Below, one piece after another: positions 20,101-25,733 of a DNA stretch of 25,733 nt; position 1 is the stretch's first letter, and every line of letters starts with the position of its first letter. This DNA is from Carpediemonas membranifera BICM (lineage: Eukaryota; Protista; Fornicata). The notes beneath the pieces were generated by a model. It worked only from the letters and a program-made list of their open reading frames with translations, was not told the DNA's origin and searched no databases. The stretch is taken from NCBI GenBank assembly GCA_019828565.1, contig JAHDYR010000010.1, forward strand, positions 1 to 25,733. Reading direction: 5' to 3'. A program made the translations under genes and the position numbers.

Positions 20101-23100
20101 GGCTGATGTCGTCGCCTCTCGCCCCCTTCCTTGCACAGATCGAGACGGAGACCACCACTGAGGCCTGCATCATCCAGATCAACATCGTATCCCACCTCTA
20201 CGCCGGCGCCGGGGACCTGTGCCGCCAGACGGTCGCCAGCGAGACCACCATCGCCCTCATGGAGCGCATGGTCAACCGCCTCGACTTCACCGCCGAGATC
20301 GGGCAGGCCCTGACTAGCGGCATCGTCGGCGGCCGCAGCACGCACGGGTGCCCGCCCATCGTCTCCCCCGAGGTGCTCGAGGTCACCCTCCGCACCCTGC
20401 CCCGCGCCCCCCTGCCCCTCAGGGCGTCCGTGGCGTCCAACCTGGTCCGCCTGGTCAACAAGCACGACAACATCAGGGTATTCCTCGGCGTTCCCTCGCT
20501 GTTCACAAGGCTCCTCGACCTTCTCACGGGTTTCGCACACGGCGGGCCTGCAAGCGAGGATGCTGTCGACGTCCTCGGCTCCGTCTGCACCGTTGTCCGC
20601 GCCTGCCTCACACCGTGCCTCTCGGACCCCACCGCTTGGAGTTCGCAGTTTAAGGGATTTATAGACGCCCTCGCCGAGCGGTGTCGCCGCGAACCGGCGA
20701 TCTCTCCAGCAGCGGTGCTGCGGGGCATCATGCCTGAGATGCTGGACGCCTTCACCAACAAGCTGTCGTGCAATCCCTCGCTCAGCGCCACCCTCGTGGA
20801 CAACAGCCGCGTGCTCCTGGCCGCCGCCTGCTCGGCCGTCCTTGACTTCGACCCGCCCGTGATCGGGAACTCCGCGAAGGCCCCCGGCCTCGGAGCAGAC
20901 TACCTGGAGAGCGGGGTGGTCGCCACCAACGTCGCCTGCCGGGCACTAGCCCACATGGTGGTGACGAACGTGCCATCGAAGGACGCCCCCGAGCCCTCTG
21001 CTGACGCGGCAGACTATGTGGACAGGCTGTTCCCGTCGTTCGCGTCGTTCGGCAAGGACTGGCGAGTGATCATGATCCACCTCATCATCCTGCTGCTGAA
21101 CGTCGACCCGACCCACTCGAGGTTCAGGGTCGAACCCGCGCTGTCGGTCACCGCGGTCGCCGTCGTCAGCAGCCGAATCTTCTTCGGACTCAACTCCCTC
21201 ATCGGCCTCGAGACCCCCGAGAAGATCTCCGCCCTCCTGTGTAGCCCGGACACGTGGTCTGTCGTCCCACTCGAGGCCTTCCAGTCGACCCGCCGACCCG
21301 CCCCCATTGTCTCATCGAAGAAGCTGACCGAGTTGCTCATGTTTGGGATCGGGCACGCCATGGTGCTGTGGGCCGACCGCGACGACAAGTGGTTCAGAGT
21401 GGACGCCCTCGCCGACATCATCAAGGAGCTCCGTGGGCAGAGACAGTTCGCCCTCGCCATCGCGGCCCGGACGACGTTGAACCTGGTCCGTGTGAACGAG
21501 AAGATCCAGACGCTCATCAACAACACCGCGGCGCTGCTGGACGACCCCGACTGGGCCGACATCATGGCCGACTCCGTGACTCCCCGGTTGGAAGCTGACA
21601 CTGCGGTCTGGACCAGCAGCCGTGCCATGGTACTCAGCAACTACTGTCACATGGCCCACGGGTGCCCGCCCGTCGCTACCACGGCGAAGCTCGACCGCGC
21701 CTGGAGCCAGGCTGTGGTTACCATGTGCGAGGTCGACATGGCGCGGATTACATCGGCCATCGTGCACCGGGAGAACGCGTCGAGACTGGCTCTGAAGGAG
21801 TGCGCCTCTCGGAAGAAGAGACAGCTCGGACACGGAGCGAACTTCCTGGTGAAGCTCGACAAGACCGAGGACGCCCACAGGATGAGACGGAAGCTGGTGC
21901 ATGGGACGAAGCCGAGGGGGTACAAGGTCGTCAAGAAGCAGGTCCGGAAGGACGAGAGGAACAGGCCCGGGTCGGACCCCGTAGTCGAGCTCACGGCGCT
22001 GAGATTGGGGCACCTGCTGAACGCCAACGGGGAGAACGTCGAGATCGACACCGACGTCGACCTCATCACGGAGGAGGAGGCCGCCGCCGCCCAGCAGACC
22101 GACACGGTCATGTCCGTCCAGTGCGACGCCGTGCACGCCCTCGGTACCACGCACGGCCGACTGGATCTGGGCCGGGGCGAGGTGTTCTTCACGATGGACC
22201 GGAACAGCGACGACTCGGCGGACGCCAGCGAGACCAAGGACCGACACTGGGCGCTGGACACCATCACCGCCATCCACGGGAGGCGGTACCTGTTCAAGCA
22301 CTGCGGCATCGAGATCTTCATCAACGACCGCACGAACTTCTTCTTCACATTCCCCACGACGAAGATCAGGAACCACTTCATCAAGAGACTTCAGGGCCTC
22401 ATGCCGGGCCGGGTTCCCGCCCTCACGCCCGCTGCCAACATACTGGCCAGCTCAACGGCCACGGAGAACTGGCAGAAGGGCCTCATGTCTAATTTTGATT
22501 ATCTCATGTATCTGAATACCGTATCTGGTCGGACGTACAACGATCTGAACCAATATCCCGTGTTCCCCTGGGTGATCAGCGACTACACGTCCCCCGCCCT
22601 GGACCTCTCGGACCCCAAGGTCTACCGGGTCCTCAGTCGACCGGTCGGGGCACAGACGGACGCCGCCGTTGAGCGACTAAGGGCGCGGTTCGAGGCGTTT
22701 GTGGACGTCGGGGGAAGCATGCCCCCCTTCCACTACGGGACACACTACTCGAGCGCTGGGTGCGTGCTCAACTACCTGGTGCGGCTCGAGCCCTTCACCC
22801 GGCTGGCGATGAAGCTGCAGGGCGGTACACTGGACCACCCCGACCGCATCTTCAGCTCCATAGGTGCGGCCTGGAAGAACACCCAGACAGACGCGGGTGA
22901 CGTCCGAGAGCTGATCCCGGAGTTCTTCTATCTTCCCGAGTTCCTGGGTAACCCGAACAACATCGACATCGGGACCACTCAAACAGACGAGGAAATCGGC
23001 ACAGTGAAGCTGCCGCCGTGGGCCTCAACCCCCGACGAGTTTGTCCGAATCAACCGGGCGGCGCTCGAGTCGCCCTACGTCTCTGAGCACCTGCACGAAT

Positions 23101-24302
23101 GGATCGACCTCATCTTCGGGTTCAAGCAGAAGGGCAAGGCCGCCGTGGACGCGTGCAATGTGTTCTTCCACTTGACGTACGAGGGCGCTGTCGACATCGA
23201 CGCCATCAAGGACGACGTCGTCAAGCAGTCCATCATCGCCCAGATCACCAACTTCGGCCAGGTCCCCTCGCAGCTCTTCAGCAAGCCCCACCCTGCCCGG
23301 TCGACCGCGGTCACGTCATCGCCCCTGGTCGCGCTGTCGGAGTCGCCCATGTACAGCCAGCTCCCGCCGGAGATCCACGCCACCCACACCGAGGCCAAGC
23401 ACACCGGGCAGGCAGAGATGAACCTCGCGACGATGGCACGGTCGGACCGGGTCATCACCGTCAGCGAGGCCCTGGGCGTGACAGTCCACCGCATGTCTAC
23501 CCTGCAGCCCGAAGACGAGCGGCGCCGAGCGATACCGTCCCTGCTCGACCCGGCCATCGAGATCCCCGCTCACCGACTCTTCGCCGCCCGGGACCGGACT
23601 CTCTTCGCCGGAGGGCACTGGGACTCGTCGTTCAAGCTGTTCAACGTCGAGACGGGGCGGGTGGTGCAGTCTGTCACAGGCCACACTGACACCGTGACGG
23701 GTGTCGCAGTGACGATCGATGGGACGTTCGCCCTCACGGCCTCGGTCGACACGACCGTGGACATCTGGCGGATAGTCAACGGCGTCGTCCAGCAGCCCGC
23801 CTGCCGCGTCCTCACTCGCCACGACGCCCCCGTGCGCTGTCTCGTCATCAGCGACGAGGCTGACCTTGTGGTCACCTGCTCTGTCGACGGCATGTGCGCG
23901 CTGCACTCCATCAGCCGGGGCAAGTTCATCTCGTCGTTCAACGTTACCGGGCTGCCGGTGGACGCCGCCATTGCCAACCAGGTCGCCGTGCTGGAGGCTG
24001 ACGGCACGCTGTCGCTCTTCTCCATCTGCGGCAAGTTCCTGACGTCGCTCATCGTTGAGGGCGCCAAGGTGCTCGTTGGGTGCAAGTCGGCCAACTGCTT
24101 CGTCGTGGCGACGGCGAACCGCATCGCCGTACTCTGCTCCTTCACCCTGCGTGAGCTTCTGGCGTGGGACGTCGACGTCAGGGCGGACATCACATGCATC
24201 AGCGTCGGCGGGCATGGCGAGTCTGTTATAGCATACGGCTGTGTCAATGGTGATATCGGGAAGCTCGAGCTTAGCGTGGCTTCGCTGTCAGTATTAAAAT
24301 AG
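17157..24302 (+). CDS. BEACH-domain protein (neurobeachin/LRBA/NBEAL-like): ConA/LamG-like - PH - BEACH - WD40, 2381 aa
   Basis: BEACH motifs WQKGLMSNFDYLMYLNTVSGRTYNDLNQYPVFPW, HYGTHYSS, ELIPEFFYLPEFL, LHEWIDLIFG and NFGQVPSQLF. PH motif IHGRRYLFKHCGIEIF. C-terminal GGHWDSS and GHTD WD repeats. Confidence 0.97.
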   Translation: MPAVEWDSLSYKDQKQYVTVLVRKLETQVVDDATLAAVNEVLREIRRLCLRSAAVQRLIWDVSCSQHLYMLMEMSIHAEYHLQVVTAVFQTLEALLHLNTHNIRLFSSDDYYIEKMTQIVTEILRQTNASMSPQKVDECTNAQLQVINGLFGLLVGVPDYQLVHPGEVTIVMSRVLTVITSVYHLLKPDHQLYIIDSFVYMCSNSESDLPNLAACGQEDLLKKVLGLLPPIIAECAPVLNSRTTPATEPVYLDQASVTNDPARYRPHLSGGIYSNMPPPSVSDYPSLPSTFSSRIDTPIGSETSPRMGSELLKGIQHQRPSTDGGGLPLLALRRMCHFITILASHSISIGNLKKLYALMQNRDNDLSRRTRTRSPAFGLLLRTLQAIQDTLGPSCYLSLDGIMSGLVVPAIAEWDHRAAGYSIAAWLRVEDFTDRKGMPNYKPRLYSFLSDLFDGHEAYFESNRLCVVTIQRDNKKKAKYTRHESAFSFIFDEDTWYHVAISFGPKTATLFLNGVERETIAHKSCLVSKRPYTRCRIATNAEGGTDGGHKLYRPNALYGQLGPMYLFSATIAQAQASALHALGPEYHYSLTPLDIASYSDGGLDDKMVAELHKLQSRIYLAYTAKFISQDSCIDTTPKSNEREYSWDASMLPGSYQVFTHRFTDTFQAAGGIDSLTPLFDQFNLRPSVTTDTLTRVGSNLSTPTTPAIMDNSVDDHELSDKVTERTIREATIVDPDMLLVFLSLIRSIFRLKSVQLDLASHPGVARIIYGLKRLSPHYLTIPVIDALIGFLDVFDEFKQEKLKVDWIEIVLFDFSMWMFAAVPSIQHVLSELTGLAGTGPHVDATRSALPPDLILDTLRLHMFYEPETLPDCLKGQANIVDPFTTLAPMVARPLRARDGSIIAVRPQVSHIFGLRAQLFNLLSVVLDRGDRVLDDRSLHLLLSYQVGSTDSNQRRDVVQFVYMLLMAQSHGGTCITPEAICRLMSSPLAPFLAQIETETTTEACIIQINIVSHLYAGAGDLCRQTVASETTIALMERMVNRLDFTAEIGQALTSGIVGGRSTHGCPPIVSPEVLEVTLRTLPRAPLPLRASVASNLVRLVNKHDNIRVFLGVPSLFTRLLDLLTGFAHGGPASEDAVDVLGSVCTVVRACLTPCLSDPTAWSSQFKGFIDALAERCRREPAISPAAVLRGIMPEMLDAFTNKLSCNPSLSATLVDNSRVLLAAACSAVLDFDPPVIGNSAKAPGLGADYLESGVVATNVACRALAHMVVTNVPSKDAPEPSADAADYVDRLFPSFASFGKDWRVIMIHLIILLLNVDPTHSRFRVEPALSVTAVAVVSSRIFFGLNSLIGLETPEKISALLCSPDTWSVVPLEAFQSTRRPAPIVSSKKLTELLMFGIGHAMVLWADRDDKWFRVDALADIIKELRGQRQFALAIAARTTLNLVRVNEKIQTLINNTAALLDDPDWADIMADSVTPRLEADTAVWTSSRAMVLSNYCHMAHGCPPVATTAKLDRAWSQAVVTMCEVDMARITSAIVHRENASRLALKECASRKKRQLGHGANFLVKLDKTEDAHRMRRKLVHGTKPRGYKVVKKQVRKDERNRPGSDPVVELTALRLGHLLNANGENVEIDTDVDLITEEEAAAAQQTDTVMSVQCDAVHALGTTHGRLDLGRGEVFFTMDRNSDDSADASETKDRHWALDTITAIHGRRYLFKHCGIEIFINDRTNFFFTFPTTKIRNHFIKRLQGLMPGRVPALTPAANILASSTATENWQKGLMSNFDYLMYLNTVSGRTYNDLNQYPVFPWVISDYTSPALDLSDPKVYRVLSRPVGAQTDAAVERLRARFEAFVDVGGSMPPFHYGTHYSSAGCVLNYLVRLEPFTRLAMKLQGGTLDHPDRIFSSIGAAWKNTQTDAGDVRELIPEFFYLPEFLGNPNNIDIGTTQTDEEIGTVKLPPWASTPDEFVRINRAALESPYVSEHLHEWIDLIFGFKQKGKAAVDACNVFFHLTYEGAVDIDAIKDDVVKQSIIAQITNFGQVPSQLFSKPHPARSTAVTSSPLVALSESPMYSQLPPEIHATHTEAKHTGQAEMNLATMARSDRVITVSEALGVTVHRMSTLQPEDERRRAIPSLLDPAIEIPAHRLFAARDRTLFAGGHWDSSFKLFNVETGRVVQSVTGHTDTVTGVAVTIDGTFALTASVDTTVDIWRIVNGVVQQPACRVLTRHDAPVRCLVISDEADLVVTCSVDGMCALHSISRGKFISSFNVTGLPVDAAIANQVAVLEADGTLSLFSICGKFLTSLIVEGAKVLVGCKSANCFVVATANRIAVLCSFTLRELLAWDVDVRADITCISVGGHGESVIAYGCVNGDIGKLELSVASLSVLK

Positions 24303-24368
24303 TTTAGGAAATTTCAGAATTTAGGGAGGACGGAAACACAACAACGATGAATGTGTGAATGTGTGTGA

Positions 24369-24634
24369 ATGAATGAAGTGGTAGGACAAGACTGCCCGGT
24401 ATGTCTCCTGATGACCTCAACAGAACCCAGTTAGCCATAGAAAGCTCGACAGTTTATGACAAGCCGTCTGTGGTATCGTCGGTCTGCACGAAAAGATGCG
24501 TCGTCCATCGTCTGTGTCGAACGCTGCCGTCTTCTTTCGCGTCTGTGCTCGTCTGTTACGCGCTCATCTGTCGTCCATTGCCGGCGTCTGAAGCTCATGT
24601 CATCGTCATCTTCGTCTGTTGTGAGAGACACTAG
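24369..24634 (+). other. Small spliced unit: candidate 77-aa ORF (exons 24369-24398 and 24431-24634) or non-coding transcript
   Basis: 32-nt GTATGT...CCCAG intron candidate at 24399-24430 of the same size and donor as the confirmed introns, with AGTAAA at 24659-24664 downstream. The peptide has no recognisable homology. Confidence 0.35.
24465..24618 (+). repeat. Strand-biased array of short CGTC/CGTCTG motifs
   Basis: CGTC at 24465, 24477, 24499, 24502, 24509, 24528, 24540, 24550, 24572, 24585, 24604 and 24613; six of these are CGTCTG. There is no GACG in this stretch. Confidence 0.85.
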
Positions 24635-24768
24635 TGGTGGAAAGCGGTTGTAGTTAGTAGTAAAGACGCTTTGTGCTGCATGATGCTGGTTTCTTGTGTT
24701 TTGAGGGATGCTGCTAGCTGATGAACCCTGAAAAGAAATGATCGATGCATGCAGCTCAATAGACTCCG

Positions 24769-25733
24769 ATGCCTTCCAAGATATACACGGTGAAGGCTTC
24801 CGTTAACAAGGCCATTGGCGAGATTAACGGCGGAGGCGATAACAACGCGCCGCGGCGAGGAAATCTTGAACCCGGCATGCGTTCTTTCACGCAGGCTAAG
24901 TACACATTCACTTGCCTGCTTGCGTGCGTCTCTGCATCTGCGCACGCGTTGACCCCACCGAGGACGGTCAACCTGTTCGACCAGGAGGTCCTCAAGCAGA
25001 TCGTCAGCATTGCTCAGCAAAAGGTGTCGAAGGCAAAGGCAGCGGATCGGTGCAGGTGGATTGGCGACCTGGCGATGTGGAGGGACCCTGACATAACCCC
25101 ACTCGTCCGGGACTTCAAGGAAGCCTACGTTGGAATTGTATTTCCATTTCAGAGCTGGTTGGGCGAGTACTCCACAGCCACCCGGGTCTGGCTCTCGCGC
25201 GCGTCACCCGGGTACCTGACCCGTCTTCGTGCTGGATTAGAACGGGTGCGTCCGCTCCTCCATGATCAGCCGGGTGTTCGACAGGATTTTCTCGACACCC
25301 TAGGCGAGCTCGACACTGAGGTTGCCGCCATAGCCGCCGATCATGGCATGCATCATCGTCAAATGCATGCATTGCCCGAGGGGCAACGGGTGGGTCGCAC
25401 TGGTACCGTGGCCGAGGCCCTCGTCGGCGTGCTGTCGTGCGTCACGCGCATGAGTGCTGCAGTGACCAAGCTGGTCACACTCACTCGTGCCGTGAACCTC
25501 GAGCTCAGTCAGGCCCCTGCCAGAGCCGAAGCTCGTCCCGTTCGTGCCGATGGCACCGGTCAGGCCTGGGTTCATGACCATCGAGTACGGTTATATGTCG
25601 CTCACCCCAGCGATGAAGAGGCGCCTGCGTGTGCACGTGAATTGGTCAGCAACTAAGAATTTGACCGACGAGCAGGTGGCTGAATACGAGCGTGATCACG
25701 GCGACATCACCAAGCTCCGCAGAGTGCTCTCTG
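24769..25733 (+). CDS. Fanzor1-like (eukaryotic TnpB homolog) protein, N-terminal WED/REC part; +1 frameshift near 25514-25517; truncated by window end
   Basis: Ordered motifs YTVKASVNKAI, FDQEVLKQIV, WRDPDITPLVRDF and GIVFPFQSWLGEYSTATRVWL...YLTRL, then in the +1 frame PKLVPFVPMAPVRPGFMTIEY. These match my recollection of Fanzor1 N-terminal patterns (K-x-S-x-x-KA; ...F-x-x-h-P-x6-7-h-x-I-D/E) at equivalent positions. The +1 frame is open to the end of the window. RuvC is not in the window. Confidence 0.6.

Larger units (their letters stand above)
24303..25733 (+). mobile_element. Possible left portion of a Fanzor-encoding transposon (boundary undetermined)
   Basis: Fanzor-like ORF plus an upstream short-motif array. 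No TIR or TSD is identifiable without the right end. Confidence 0.35.

Noticed and set aside
247-24247. Numerous long minus-strand and alternate-frame ORFs in the supplied track
   Set aside because: They are shadows of high-GC3 + strand genes, carry no recognisable domains and overlap well-supported CDSs.
24303-24326. Telomere-like TTTAGG/TTTAGGG or telomerase template
   Set aside because: There are only two non-adjacent units and no 1.5-repeat template pattern.
24465-24618. CRISPR-like array
   Set aside because: The motifs are only 4-7 nt with irregular short spacing and no repeat-spacer periodicity.
24598-24635. Helitron 3' end (CTAG|T)
   Set aside because: There is no convincing GC-rich hairpin just upstream of CTAG.
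24924-24962. In-frame 39-nt GTGCGT...GAG intron in the Fanzor-like ORF
   Set aside because: It has no stop and an atypical GAG acceptor, and the unspliced length fits Fanzor1 spacing better.

Overview
Gene-dense eukaryotic nuclear DNA of roughly 60% GC (by eye) with very short (28-32 nt) GT-AG introns. The two-domain WRKY factor, tiny introns, TAAA 3' signals and a bacterial-type amino-sugar deacetylase suggest a metamonad/fornicate-like protist; this is inference, not a proven identification. All recognisable genes lie on the + strand, in this order: cytosolic IleRS (1 intron), a PIG-L/NagB-II-type deacetylase, an ATAD5/Elg1-like RFC subunit with degenerate Walker motifs, a CDK1/2-like kinase broken by three 1-nt indels, RPS2, a WRKY factor with probable 5'-UTR introns, riboflavin kinase, Mnd1, a multi-C2HC zinc-finger protein, a coiled-coil protein and a 2381-aa BEACH/WD40 protein. 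The most notable feature is at the right edge. It is an ORF whose N-terminal motifs match Fanzor1 (eukaryotic TnpB-derived RNA-guided nuclease); it continues in the +1 frame past about 25515 and runs off the window. It is preceded by a strand-biased array of 12 CGTC (6 CGTCTG) motifs inside a small spliced unit, which may be the element's left end. The RuvC domain and omegaRNA would lie beyond the window, so that call rests on remote N-terminal similarity.
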